This document shows positions 13,815 to 27,996 of a stretch of DNA of 64,000 nucleotides, one piece after another. This DNA comes from Octopus vulgaris. Its lineage: Eukaryota. Both the position numbers and the translations under genes were made by a program. The notes under the pieces were generated by a model. The model ran no database searches, was not told the origin of the DNA, and worked only from the letters and a program-made list of their open reading frames with translations. The stretch's first letter is position 1; every line of letters begins with the position of its first letter. Where the stretch lies: assembly GCA_951406725.2 (NCBI GenBank), contig OX597831.1:48794001-48858000 (forward strand). The letters run 5' to 3'.

Positions 13815-14123
13815 CGATGATGATGATGATGATGAGTGAAAAATATGAAGCATGAATTTGGTATGTTTGGCCTCATGACTGGCACAAACTCATTAGATTT
13901 TCGGATTGATCCAGTACCAGACAAGAATTCTGGATTATTTTTCTTGTTTTTTTACTTAATTTTTGCGAGTAGTTGAGTTCATTTTTAGTATTCTCATTTG
14001 TGAGAGTAGTCGAGTTTATTTTAGATCTTCTCATTTTAAAAGTCATCTCTGATTAATCGTTGAGAAGACGTTGGTGTTGCCTGTTGCCTTGGCAGAGGTT
14101 TGCGCTCTCTGAGTGCCCTTGTT

Positions 14124-14191
<68 letters not shown>

Positions 14192-14259
14192 TATTATTAA
14201 GGATTGCCAAATTGGCAGAATTGTTAGAGCATCGGATAGAATACTGCACAGCTTTTAAA

Positions 14260-14694
14260 GGTGGTGAGCTGGCAGAATTGTTAGCATGCTGAGCAAAATG
14301 CTTAGCGGCATTTTGTCCATCTTTATGTTCTGAGTTCAAAACCTGCTGTGGTCAACTTTGCCTTTCATCCTTTTGAGATCGATAAATCAAGTACCAGTCA
14401 AGAACTGGAGTCGATCTAATTGACCAGTCTCCTCCCATAAAATTTCAGGCCCTGTGTTTATAGTAGAAAGGATTATTATTATCATTAAAGCAGTGAGCTG
14501 GCAAAAACATTAGCACGCTGGACAAAATGCTCAATGGCATTTTGTTTGTCCTGAGTTCAAATGCCACTGAGCTCGATTTTGCCTTTCATCCTTTCAGGGT
14601 CGATTAAATAAGTACCAATTGAAAATCTGGGGTCAATGTAAACAACTCATCCCTTCCCCACATAAATTGCTGCCCTTGTGGCAAAATTTGAAAC

Positions 14695-14730
<36 letters not shown>

Positions 14731-14735
14731 GATTA
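14260..14735 (+). mobile_element. Two tandem SINE family B copies with ATT tails
   Basis: Head, core and (ATT)n tail repeated twice. Confidence 0.75.
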
Positions 14736-16036
14736 TATAGGACTTCCTCCAGAAGTTATACAGAGATATAAAATAGAAGAGTGCCATAGTTATCATGTGC
14801 AATTGGTTTAACGATATTTCAGCATCTAGCATGCCTTCCACGGGTTCAAAACTTACATTATTATCATTATTTACTTTTAAGCTGCATATTTGTTACAGTC
14901 ACTTTCCAAGACACCAGCATCCTAGGGTGAGTGAAGGATAAGAGATGTAACAGTATGACTGAAAACTTGGGGAAGGGAAGTGGCAGGGGCAGAAGCAAAA
15001 TTTCTTCATGTAATACAACACAGACATTTAAATGGATAGGGTTTTTCCAAGGATGTGGGCAGTATTTGTCAGCACAATCTTCTGGATTTCTCTGGGAGCT
15101 GTCCAGATTCAAACTGTTATGGCATGATTTCTATGGCTGGATGTCCTTCCTAATGCCAATCAGTTAAAAGAGTGTGATGGGGGCCTTTTATGCACCCCCC
15201 CTCAGTGCAGGTGCATTTATGCAGCACCAGCATGGGTGAATTAACACAGCAGTGGCATGTGTGCTCTTTAAGTGGAACCAGCATCTGAAAGGACAAGCCT
15301 GTATGTGTGGAAGACAGCAGTTTTATTTTGCTTGATACAGCTTATCAAGTACAGCAAATCACCACATCTTGTCCCTTGTCATTTCCTCAGTGAGGCCCAG
15401 CATCCAAAGATTTTTTCTCGTCACTTCATCACACATTAGAATAATATTCTCACACTAATGAAAGGTTTTGGACCAAAATATCCATACTCTCACCTTTGCA
15501 GTATATTGAGCTAATGCGTTTTACCACAGCTTGTGAGTAGAATTTAGTGACAAAAACTGTATGGAAGCCTGACAGTCAAGTAATTCAAAATTAATAAAGC
15601 TGAGTTTTTTCAGGGTATGTGGTGTGAGCATTTTCCTCTGTGGAGTCAAAACCTTGGTTATAAAGAAAGAGCTTCAAGATTGCCTTTTTGGCATAAACAT
15701 GAGGTTTCGCATGAGGGCTCAAATTATCACAAGACCAAAGAGATTTATGGACACATCCTGCCCATCTCAACTATTATTACTCTGTGCAAGGTAGGATTTT
15801 CTGACCACTGTTATCATGCTAAACAAAAGGTCTATCAGGAGATTATATTTTGGAAACTTCCATACTCTAAGAGAGGATGAAGACCATTAAATCCCATTGG
15901 TGTTATTGGCAGAAATAAGCAATATGAATTGAGGTTCTACCAAAGCTAAGGGAGGACACAAGTTAATGGTGTAGCTCTCTAGCTTACCAGTTCCAGACAA
16001 ATTGTCTTACCCATGCCAGCACGAAAGCAGACATTA

Positions 16037-16096
<60 letters not shown>

Positions 16097-16098
16097 GG

Positions 16099-16131
<33 letters not shown>

Positions 16132-16446
16132 GGAGGAGGAGGAGGAGGAGGACAACTACATTCTTTAAAGTGGTTTGTATTGACTAAAGTCAATGTACAG
16201 TCAAGTGCAACCTTTAGGTACTTTTTTTATTGACTCCACCCCGCAAAAAGGATGAAAGACAAAGTTGGCCTTGGCAGGATTTGAACTCAAATCACAGCAT
16301 GTCAGAATAAATTTCATAGAGTATTCTGTCTGGATCTTCTAATGACTGAACCAATTTATCTTGCCTTAGCAACCTCTCTGGCTTTAGGGTTACCTAAAAT
16401 GCACCCAGTACACACTGTAATATCTTTTCTACTATAGGCACAAGGT

Positions 16447-16750
16447 GAAGGCGCATGGCTCAGTGGTTAGAGCATCGAGCTTACAATCGTGAGATTGTGA
16501 GTTTGAATCCCGGACTGGGCTGTGTGTTATGTTCTTGAGCAAGAGACTTTATTTCAGTACACTCAGCTATAGGTGCCAAGCTGTATCAGCCTTTGCCTTT
16601 CCCTTGGATAACACTGGTGGTGTGGAGAGGGAAGGCTAGTATGCATGGGCGACTGCTGGTCTTCCATAAACAACCTTGCCCGGACATGTGCTGGGGAGGG
16701 TAACTTTCTAGGTGCAATCTTATGGTCAGTCATGACCGAAGAGGTTCTCA
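16447..16750 (+). mobile_element. tRNA-derived SINE family D (also 20767-21090 -, 46900-47200 +, related tandem heads at 38438-38940 +)
   Basis: A-box tggctcagtggttagagc, B-box gagtttgaatccc, shared body gccaagctgtatcagcc...ggtgcaatc. Confidence 0.75.
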
Positions 16751-17116
16751 GCATCCATAGGCACAAGACCTGAAATTTCATGGGAGAGGATTAAGTCAAT
16801 TACATCAAACCCAGTGCTCAACAGATACTTATTTCATCAGCCCCAAAAGGATGAAAGGTGAAGTCAAACCCAGTGGAATTTAAACTCAGAACATAACAGA
16901 CAAAATGCCACTAAGTATTTTAAACTTGAGAAAAGTTTTCCATATTTTTACTGTTCCACTCACCGATCGTAATTGTAACGTGTGAGTTTGTTGGTTGATT
17001 TCTTTCCCTGAAAATCCAAGTTTATCTAGACTGTTCAGTTAGGCTTTTCCTCACAAAAACCAAATCCACTGATTATTATTGGTAACAATGTAAATTTATG
17101 ATCTGGATAGAGAAGC

Positions 17117-17530
17117 TCTTTTATTCTTTTACCCTTTTACTTGTTTCAGTCATTTGACTGTGGCCATGCTGGAGCACCACCTTTAGTCGAACAAATCGAC
17201 CCCAGGACTTATTCTTTGTAAGCCTAGTACTTATTCTATCGGTCTCTTTTGCCGAACTGCTAAGTTATGGGGATGTAAACACACCAGCATCGGTTGTCAA
17301 GCGATGTTGGGGGGGACAAACATATATACACACAAACATGTACACATACATACATATATATATACATATATACAACAGGCTTCTTTCAGTTTCTGTCTAC
17401 CAAATCCACTCACAAGGCTTTGGTCAGCCCAAGGCTATAGTAGAAGACACTTGCCCAAGGTGCCACACAGTAGGACTGAACCCAGAATTATGTGATTGGT
17501 AAGCAAGCTACTTACCACACAGCCACTCCT
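17117..17530 (-). mobile_element. SINE family A
   Basis: Full reverse-complement copy. Confidence 0.85.
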
Positions 17531-17657
17531 GGATACACTTGACATATGTTTTGGTGGGAATGTTCCATTGGTATTCCTTCTGCTGATATTTGTGTACATA
17601 TTCTATAACAGGGAGATTCTATATATCCATTCTAGGATAGTCTTTCTTCTGCATGGC

Positions 17658-18045
17658 ATCATCATCATCATCATCATCGTTTAACGTTCGTTCTCCATGC
17701 TAGCATGGGTTGGACGGTTCGACCGAGGATCTGGGAAGCCAGAAGGCTGCACCAAGCTCCGGTCTTATCTGGCAATGTTTCTACAGCTGGATGCCCTTCC
17801 TAACGCCAACCACTCCGTGAGTGTAGTGGGTGCTTTTTACGTGCCACCTGCACTGGTGCCAGGCGAGGCTGGCATCGGCCACGGTCGGAATTGGTGCATT
17901 TTACGTGCCACCTGCACGGAAGCCAGTCGAGGCGGCACTGGCTTCGGCCACGATTCGGATGGTGCTTTTTACGTGCCACTGACACGGAAGCCAGTCGAGG
18001 CGGCGCTGGCATCGGCCACGATTTGGATAGTGCTTTTTACGTATC
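17658..18045 (-). mobile_element. RTE-tailed element with about 57-bp tandem repeats and (GAT)n tail
   Basis: Homologous to 27430-27887, 33688-33945 and 59592-59970. Confidence 0.75.
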
Positions 18046-19305
18046 TCCATATTGTTTTTGCAACAACATTCTGTTGAATAGGGAGGTAGTATCTTGATGA
18101 CATTTTGGGGCAGCTGCTAATCCCATATGTGATGTCTTGTACAGAAATATGATGTAATCTACATTTTCAGTTGCAACTTGGAACTCCAAGGGTGTCATTG
18201 TCTTTTTGTTTCTTCAGTGTGTGTGTATGTCTGTATGTATATATATAAAATACAAAATGGGACAAGAACGCAAAACATCCGGACAACTAAGTGATACAAA
18301 AAGGGACTATGTATGTATGTATGTATGTATATATGTATGTATGTATGTGTGTGCCTGTATGTATGTATGTATGTATGTATGTATGTATGTATGTATGTAT
18401 GTACTTACGTATGTATGTATGTAAGTGGTGAAATGGCTGAGGCATTAGTGCGTTGGACAGAATACCTTGTAGTATTTGGTCTATTTGAGACCTGAGTTCG
18501 AATCCTACCAGAGTTGACTTCACTTTTTATCCTATTGTAATGGATAAAATACAGAATATATATATGTACACAAACACACACACATACATGCACACACACA
18601 CACACAGAGATATATATATATTGTATTATCTTATTGAATGTTCAAATCACAACAGTGGCCATGACAATGATGATGGAAAGGATGATGATGATGAGGATGA
18701 TGACGATGATGATGATATGTGCACACACACACACACAGAAAGAGAGAGAGGTAAAGAGATAAAAGCCAGTGAAGAATTAAGAAGGTCGTAAATATAGATG
18801 ATTATATTATAATATAGACAAAGAAAATAAAATAAAATATAGAGAAATAGATATTTGACCAAAAATTTATATATATTGTCATGCTTTGAAGAGTATTGAA
18901 TCCTAACAAAGCTATTACTTATCACAAAATAAAATTAATTCACTTCAAAGGAAAAAATACTATATTTAAAATGGTAATTACTTTCAGAAAAGCAAATTTA
19001 ATTTTATTTAATATTAGAATCACAAAGTTTAATATTGTAAAAATGGAGGGAAAAAACAGAAGAATCTCTTGAAATTATATCAAAATATTTTTAGATTTTC
19101 AAGTAAAGGCAGACCTATTTTTAATTGTAAAATATGTTGTTTCTTTTTTGTTTTGTTTTTTGTTGTTGTTATTGTTGTTGTTTTGGGAGGTTTTTGTTTG
19201 TTTTTCACTGAATTTTTTTTGCAAAAACTATACATCTGTAATTTGAATATAAATCATTGATGGAATACTTTCAGTTGTCTGAACTCTTAAAGTCTAATAG
19301 TTTTA

Positions 19306-19365
<60 letters not shown>

Positions 19366-19703
19366 TGTGTGTGTGTGTTTGTGTGTATGTACGTACATCC
19401 TTAACTAAATTCTCATTGGTTCATACTTGAAACATTATCAGGTGAGATAATTCTTATGTAGATTCAGAGATAATCATATATACACCCTCCCTCTCAGTCT
19501 CTCTCTTTCTCTCTCCCTCTCTCTCTCTCCCTCTCACACACCCACCCACACACACACACATATAGGTGCAGGCATAGTTGTGTAGTAAGAAGTTTGCTTC
19601 CCAACTACATAGCCCCAGGTTCAGTTCCACTTTGTGACAACTTGGGTGAATGTTTTCTACAGGCCTTGTAAGTGGATTTGGTAGAAGGAAACTAAAAGAA
19701 GCC

Positions 19704-19747
<44 letters not shown>

Positions 19748-19751
<4 letters not shown>

Positions 19752-19918
19752 GAAATATTGTGTACATTAGAACACATTAAGAGGCTTCCAAATAGGAAAG
19801 CCTTGTGCTAGAAAGAGCAGTAGAAAACTCAAACCACTCTTTCTACTGCTCTTTCTAGCACAAGGCCTTTCTATTTGAAAGCCCCTTAATGTGTTCTAAT
19901 GTGCACGATATTTTATGT
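19748..19918. repeat. Inverted repeat (about 79-bp arms, 13-nt loop) at the start of a (TA)n-embedded element
   Basis: catgaaatattgtgtacattagaacacattaag...gagcagtagaaa pairs with tttctactgctc...cttaatgtgttctaatgtgcacgatattttatg. Confidence 0.9.
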
Positions 19919-20264
19919 GAATAATATATAGTCTATTGACTATTTTTTTTTTGTGCTAGGCCACTGGTAATAATAATTTCTATAATTCTTATTACCCTAA
20001 TATTATTTATTATATGTGTTCGTATGCATTCGATCCTTCTTCCAGGAAATCTACGCTCCTAGCTTAGTTTTTCTAATGCTCGTTGCTTAGTTTTTCCTGG
20101 AGGGCTGGCCGGTTCTAGTAATCTCAAGATTAATCAGCCGAAATTACTACGATGATCCGGTTCTTGACTGAAGACTGAGGGCTTCGAATGTCCTGTCTGT
20201 GTTTGTTGTATCGTCTTCTAAGTTTTTATGCGTTCTTGTCTCAGTTTGTATTTTTCTACATATC

Positions 20265-20315
<51 letters not shown>

Positions 20316-20646
20316 GGGGAGGGTGCATTTATATTTATATGTGTGCATGTGTGTGTATGTGTTTATATTTATATGTATGTGTGTGTATACGTTTATATTT
20401 ATGTGTGTGTGTCACTGTGCCTGTGTTTGCTTGCACCAACACTTCACAACCAATGTTGGTTTCTTTGCATCCTGTAACTTCGTGGTTTGGCAAAAGAGAC
20501 CATTAGAATAAGTACCAGGCTTTAAAAACTAAATACTGGTGCGGTTTCATTCAACTATAACTTATCAAAATGGTGCCCCAACTTAGCAGCCATTGAATGA
20601 CTGAAAAACGTGCAAGATAGAATATATAAATATATGTACACACATA

Positions 20647-20711
<65 letters not shown>

Positions 20712-21616
20712 AGATATATATATGTAAATAATATATGCACATATATATTTATATTTATATATAAAAGATCCCTTTGGTCATGAATGACCATGGGATTGCA
20801 CCTAGAAAGTTCCCCTCTGAGGCACAAGTCCAGGCAAGGTTGTGTATGGAAGACCGGCAGTCGCCCACGCATACCAGCCTCCTCTCTCCATGCCACTAAC
20901 GTTATCCAAGGCAAAGGCTGATACAACTTGGCACCAGTGATTCCACTACTCATTTCTACAGCTGAGTGAACTGGGGCAACGTGAAATAAAGTGTCTTGCT
21001 TAAGAGCCCAATACACAGCCTAATCCAGGAATTGAATTCACTACCTCATGAGTGTGAACCCAATGCTCTAGTCATTGAGCCATGTACCTTATATATACAT
21101 ATGTATATATATATAGGTCTGACCAGAATAAAGTATTTATTTTTCATTCCTTTTGAAGAGTGCTCTTAAATGTGATTTTGGTCGTTTTGACTACTTCTTC
21201 TAGTGTGTAAAAACTGCCTGTTGAAGGTAGTTTTCTCTTGTGTGTAAATATACATATTTGAGTATATATATACACACACTCACACACAAATGCACAAACA
21301 CACGCACACATACACACAGGTATATATACACACAGATCAGATTGCCATAGCAGAATGTTTTTTTTTTAAATTGCTAGAACTCAGTATCCTTATGACGTCT
21401 GCTATTCATAATCACCTTCTGTGATGCAATATAAACTCAAAGATATTCTCTCATCTGAACTGTCACATAAATCACAACATAAGTACTAAGTAAAATTTTT
21501 ATTAATAAATAACAAAAGAGCATAACTTATTAATAATGTAACACTTGTTCTTTGACCATTAATTAATGTATAAACATACTTGCAGAGACACACTCATACA
21601 CACGCACATACATATC

Positions 21617-21657
<41 letters not shown>

Positions 21658-22585
21658 TATATATATGAATATATGTGGAATATATGTGGAAAATCGGTGT
21701 GTGTTTGTTTGTGGCATTGTTAGCTAACTTCTCCTACATCGTTTTATTGATTTTGATAAAACTTGGCACATGAGTAGAACTCCTGCCTGGAAACTTCATG
21801 ACATACTTAAATTATTGAAAAAATCGATAATACGACCCCTGGAAAGGACCTTTATATCTACCTCATGTAACTAATTTTTTTAAACACCCAAGGGAAATAA
21901 CTCATAGCACCTGTACAATATTGTTTTTAAAACACTCAAGGGAAATAATCCATTTCATTGTTTATGTTCAATTACTTTGAATTTTGAGTTTTTTGTGTGT
22001 CCTATTTCTAATTTTTGCAGACAATATCACTCAATATCAATGTCATCATCATTATCATTATCAGGAAAGTGAGGGCAGGCAGGGGAAGGTCTACATCCCA
22101 GTGAAATTGTGAAAAGATGGATGACTGCGGCAAAAATGGTTAGAGGGACTTTTCCATGCTGGCTTATGTGGAGGCATGTGGCAGAGGGTGTTAATTTTAG
22201 AGCTTTCCTTCTAGACTAATTGCATTCACCACAGTTAAGGAGCTTAACCTACCCTTACAAAAATTCATTTAACCCATAGATGGGACCCTGACAGCTACTA
22301 CTGTTCCATGTTAGAATAGATGTAGAAGTAATGGTAACTAAGGGGTAAGTCCACACTCCCTACAACCCCAGAACCTTCAAAACTGGAGCCTTGAAATGTA
22401 TTTTATCCTTTATATATACACTGATCAGTCAGTATCTATGCGTTGAATAAAATTTATCTTTCTACTTGTTCTACAATACTTTTGAACACTTCAAAAACAA
22501 ACTTGTTTGTTTACATACAACGTATTTATATATATACACACACACTCACATATATATACATACATGTATATATTATATAATGTAT

Positions 22586-22651
<66 letters not shown>

Positions 22652-22743
22652 TTCTTTTTATTGAAACTTAGTTTATCTGACAACTCATGCCTCATGACAC
22701 TTCCAGCTTCATGCAAGAACTGAGAACAGTTACAACTCAGTAA

Positions 22744-22791
<48 letters not shown>

Positions 22792-23336
22792 GGATTTGTA
22801 CTCATAGAATTAGCATGTCAGTGTGTAACTGGTACTTGTGAATTATAAATGCAAACATCCACTATGCTTCCTTATAATTTCTACCTGACTAATTTTACTC
22901 ACAAGGCTTGGGCCAATTCAAGGCAGTTTCTACTTTCTCCATATTTTCCCCTCATTACACAAAGAATGACCTAAAAAGGTTTGATGCACATCTTCATATT
23001 GAGGGCATTTATTGTATGGAAAGAAATACGATATCATTTGAAGACTGTTCTACTTTGGCACATGAAGCAGTTGGATAGAAAAATGAGAAAACAAAAGAAA
23101 AGAAGCAAACTTCCTGTAGATATTGATTTTTATTTGAGCATGGGTAGGATGGGAGATAACCCCAAATTGATATGGAATGGGAATCAGATTGTGTGACATA
23201 CATGCTTTCTCAAGGTCATGCACAAATATAGAGAAAATGGCATCAATTTTGGATTGGAATTGTGTCTTGGATTTGGTTCTGAAGAATCTTAGTTTTCATT
23301 CTGGAGCATTTTTGAGTAAGATATGCATACATACAA

Positions 23337-23515
<179 letters not shown>

Positions 23516-23559
23516 TATATTATATTATATTATATTATATTATATTATTTTATACTGTT

Positions 23560-23995
23560 ATCTGTTTCAGTCATTTGACTGTAGCCATGCTGGAGCATCA
23601 ACTTGAAGGGTCTTAGTCAAACAAATAGACACCAGGACTTATTTTTTAAAGACTAGTACTTATTCTATTGGTCTCTTTTGCTGAACCACTAAGTTACAGG
23701 GATGTAAACACTCCAACACTGTTTGTCAAGTAGTGATGGGTGGGGGACATGCACAGACACAAACACACACATACACACACACACATATAAATATATATAT
23801 GTGTGTGTATATATATATATATACACATATACGATGGGCTTCTTTCAGTTTCTGTCTACCATATCCACTCACAAGGCTTTAGTTGGCCTGAGGCTATAGT
23901 AGAAGACACTTGCTCAAAGAGCCTTGCAATGAGACTGAACCCAAAAGTATATGGTTGGAAAGCAAGCTTATTACCACACAGCCATGCCTGTGCTT
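23560..23995 (-). mobile_element. SINE family A
   Basis: Diverged full copy. Confidence 0.8.
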
Positions 23996-24122
23996 GTCCA
24001 CACAGCCACACACACACACACACAGGTAGGCACATTAGTGTAAAACAATGTGGGAAAAATAGTACTTGAATACCAAGGGTAAAATAATACACTTTATTAT
24101 AAAAGCTAAAAAATATTCACAG

Positions 24123-24165
24123 AACTGTTACTCAGAGTTTCCCATTACCATTCGTCGGACAGTTA
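24123..24165 (-). ncRNA. Degenerate type-I hammerhead-like motif
   Basis: actgt CCGACGA atggtaatgg GAAA ctc t gag TA acagt. Stems I and III pair; core has U4C and stem II has decayed. Confidence 0.4.
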
Positions 24166-24378
24166 TATATATATATATATATATATATAATCAAAATAAG
24201 CAACAAGGATATCCAGAGGTAATGCAGTATGATCATTTCATGCAACTCCATTTAATTGATTTTAATCACCTTACTTTGAAATTGTATGGAAAATACTGTA
24301 CTAAATTCTGGTGCCTCAACTTAAGTACCATATTCATCTGAATCTAAATTTTTGCTGAATTCATCTACCATACCCAAA

Positions 24379-24412
<34 letters not shown>

Positions 24413-24489
24413 GATCACCATGTTGATTCGCTAGCTTCTGCATGCATTTTTTTCTCTCCTTGTTTCTTTCTGTGTTTCTTTTCTGCATA

Positions 24490-24527
24490 TCTTTCTGTTG
24501 AAGAGCGTAGGCTCGAAACTTAAAAGA
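24490..24527 (+). ncRNA. Variant minimal hammerhead-like motif
   Basis: tcttt CTGTTGA a gagc gtag gctc GAAA ct TA aaaga. Stems I and II pair; core has an A6U change. Confidence 0.45.
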
Positions 24528-24624
24528 CTTATTTTATTTATATTCCTGAGCGCCATACTAATACAATTGTTTGTTTGTATTCCACCTGCCTTCGTCTTTT
24601 GTTTATTTTCATAAAGCTTCCCGT

Positions 24625-24705
<81 letters not shown>

Positions 24706-25853
24706 CATTTGAAGGCTTGAAATGAGGAGTAGATAGACAGCCGACAACAGATGAAGGGTCCTTTTTATGTGTTTACTTGTCCTGTTTCCCACGTATTTCA
24801 CTTGTTTTTCCCTCGTTTACATATGTCACTTGTTTTTTTTCCTCTGTTATAACTGTCCACATCTTTTATCTATCTCACATGTGTATGTTATTTGCACTGT
24901 TGGTGACGTCCTGTACTCACACATGCATATATGTATATATGTATGTATAAATATAAGAAATAAAGAAATAATGAAATAATTATTGTAAAAATGCTAAGGA
25001 TAATTACTGAAAGAAAAACTAAAAACAACAATAAAAACTAATATTCAAAACAGAAATTCAAAACCCTTACATGGAATGTTTTTATTTTGTTACATTTTTA
25101 AAAATTTTTGTTGTTCTTGTTGCTTACCAGAAAATATTAACATTAAAGGAAACAAAACAAAACTTCTTGTTAAATTTAATTTAAATGCAATTTTTATTCA
25201 TTATTAACGATATTCTAAATGTTATTAGGGAAATTATATTTGATTGAAATTAAAAGCCATTCAGTTTGTGAGACAAAAAAAATCAAAAGCAAGAATAAAA
25301 TTGAAAGAAAATTTCATTTAGAGTATTTTTTTGGCTTTTGTTTTCAATGGAAAAATTAAAAATAAACATTTTCTTTGCATTTTGTTTTCTTTTGTTTTGC
25401 GTTTTTTTTTACTCTGTTTAAATGTTTAATGTTTATAAATCTTGTTTACAATACCTGATAAAGATCCCTTTTATTAAGTCTCAATAGGAAAACACAAATT
25501 ACAAACGATTAGTTATCTTTTGATTAACATTAGATTTTGACTATTCTGTAAAAAAAAAAAACTGAAACGCAAAAGAAAAAAGTGAAGGAAAAAATCACCG
25601 AACATAATTATAAATTAATCAGCAAGGCTTACTGTGCCGCAAGCAACTTGTTCTTTCTTTATAAAAAGAAATGTATTGATACTAAAAACAGGTGTGGTTG
25701 AGTATATAGATGGTGCAGGCATGAATGTATGGTAAGAAACTTGCTTCCTAACCACATGGTTTCGGGTTCAGTACTGCCATATGACACCTTGGGCAAATGC
25801 TTTTCATTGGCTCCTGGCTGACAAAAGTCTTGTGAGTGGATTTGTTAGATGGA

Positions 25854-25919
<66 letters not shown>

Positions 25920-25990
25920 ATATATATGTATATATATATATATGTGTATGTATATATATATGTATATATATATATATATGTATGTATATA

Positions 25991-26059
<69 letters not shown>

Positions 26060-26257
26060 TATATATATTTAATGATATTAAGGGTAATAAGAAATATTAG
26101 AAATTTCTACTACTGGATAATTTTCGAATTGAAAAGCCAACATTTTTATTTACTACTGACAAGGATTGCTTGTGCAATAGATTTTAAAAAACTAGAATGT
26201 ATAAGCACAGGGAATATACTGGATCACCTCGTGTATATATGTTTAATCTAGGGTGTA

Positions 26258-26326
26258 CCTGCTGAAGAAGACTTCACCTAGCAAATTATTTTCTTTGCTA
26301 AAATAAGGCTGAAACCATGGGCCAGG
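26258..26326 (+). ncRNA. Type-I hammerhead-like motif with extended stem II
   Basis: cctg CTGAAGA agactt...tagcaaa/tttgcta...aaggct GAAA ccatgg gc cagg. Palindromic stem III; the U16.1 position reads G, so probably inactivated. Confidence 0.55.
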
Positions 26327-26461
26327 AGTTAGATGGTAATTGTCTTTATTTTTCATTCCCTTCGAAGTTTTATCTCTAATTGCAGTTTGGAATTTAACTG
26401 TTCTTTCTAGCGTGCAAGGAGTCCTATGATGGATGCCTCTTATGTGTTTAAATGTACACTG

Positions 26462-26519
<58 letters not shown>

Positions 26520-27429
26520 TACATGCATATATACATGCATACAAACATACATACATATATTTATACTTATATATACATACATACATACATATGTGTGTGT
26601 GTGTGTGTGTGTGTGCATGTGCATATTTATAAATTCATACATGTATACATGTATGTATGTATATGTATGTATACTTGTATGCATGTTTGTATATGAGCAT
26701 GCATGTATGCATCCATGCATGTTTATGTTTATACTCCACCACTGCTCGATTAGCTGTGTTGATTTGTTTCTGTCCCCGACTTACCAGTTCAGCAAAAGAG
26801 AACAACAGAGTAAGTGACAGGTTTAAAAATAAATACTGGATCGATGATTTGATCAACTAAGCCCTTCAAGTCAGTGCCACAGTATGGCCACAGTCTAATG
26901 ACTGAAACAAATCTAAGATAAAAGACACTAAAATATAAGAGAAAATAAAATAGATAATTTGTAAAATAAACAAAAACAATCAACTAACCAATGACAAAAT
27001 TGGTAACATGTCAGATGTAATTTGTCATTTATGTTTAAACATTTTCCAGGTCATCTTTAATTTTTAGAATTCTTCTGGTGTCAATTAAGTGATTACCTTT
27101 GATATAATTGACTATACATGCACTTATACATGTAAAAGTTCCTTTGCAGCATCACATAAAAGGGCCCATGTGGTGCCATGTAAAAACGACCGTGTGGTAC
27201 CACATAAAAATTGTCCGTGCAAAAGCACCCACTGGGTGCCACATAAAAGCAGTCTCTATTGCTGAACCACTAAGTTATGAGGACACAGACAAAGTGGTTG
27301 CTGTTAAGTGGAACTTAACTGAGAGCTAATACAGTATCCGCCTGGATAATATATCCCTCCAAACTCATTTTTATGTATGCATATATATATGCATAGATGA
27401 ACATCAATGGAATTTGTATCTTTGTGGTA

Positions 27430-27887
27430 CCAGTGCCGGTGGCACGTGGCACACAAGAAAACCATCCGAACGTGGCCGTAGCCAGTACCGCATCGACTGG
27501 CCTCCGTGCTGTGGGCACGTAACAAACACCATCCGATCGTGGCCGTTTGCCAGCCTCATCTGGCACCTGTGTCGGTGGCACATAAAAACACCATCCGAGC
27601 GTGGCCGTCTGCCAGCCTCGTCTGGCACCTGTGTCGGTGGCACATAAAAAAACACCATCCGAGCGTGGCCGTTTGCCAGCCTCGTCTGGCACCTGTGTCG
27701 GTGGCACATAAAATCACCCACTACACTCTCGGAGTGGTTGGCGTTAGGAAGGGCATCCAGCTGTAGAAACACTGCCAGATCTGACTGGACTGGTGCAGCT
27801 TTCGGGCTCCCCAGACCCCAGTTGAACCGTCCAACCCATGCTAGCATGGAAAGCGGACGTTAAATGATGATGATGATGATGATGATG
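27430..27887 (+). mobile_element. RTE-tailed element with 4-5 tandem repeats of about 57 bp and (GAT)n tail
   Basis: Unit ggcacctgtgtcggtggcacataaaaacaccatccgagcgtggccgtttgccagcctcgtct, followed by ...catgctagcatggaaagcggacgttaaatgatgatg. Confidence 0.8.
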
Positions 27888-27909
27888 ACATGTATACATA
27901 CATGCATGT

Positions 27910-27983
<74 letters not shown>

Positions 27984-27996
27984 GAATTGATAGATA

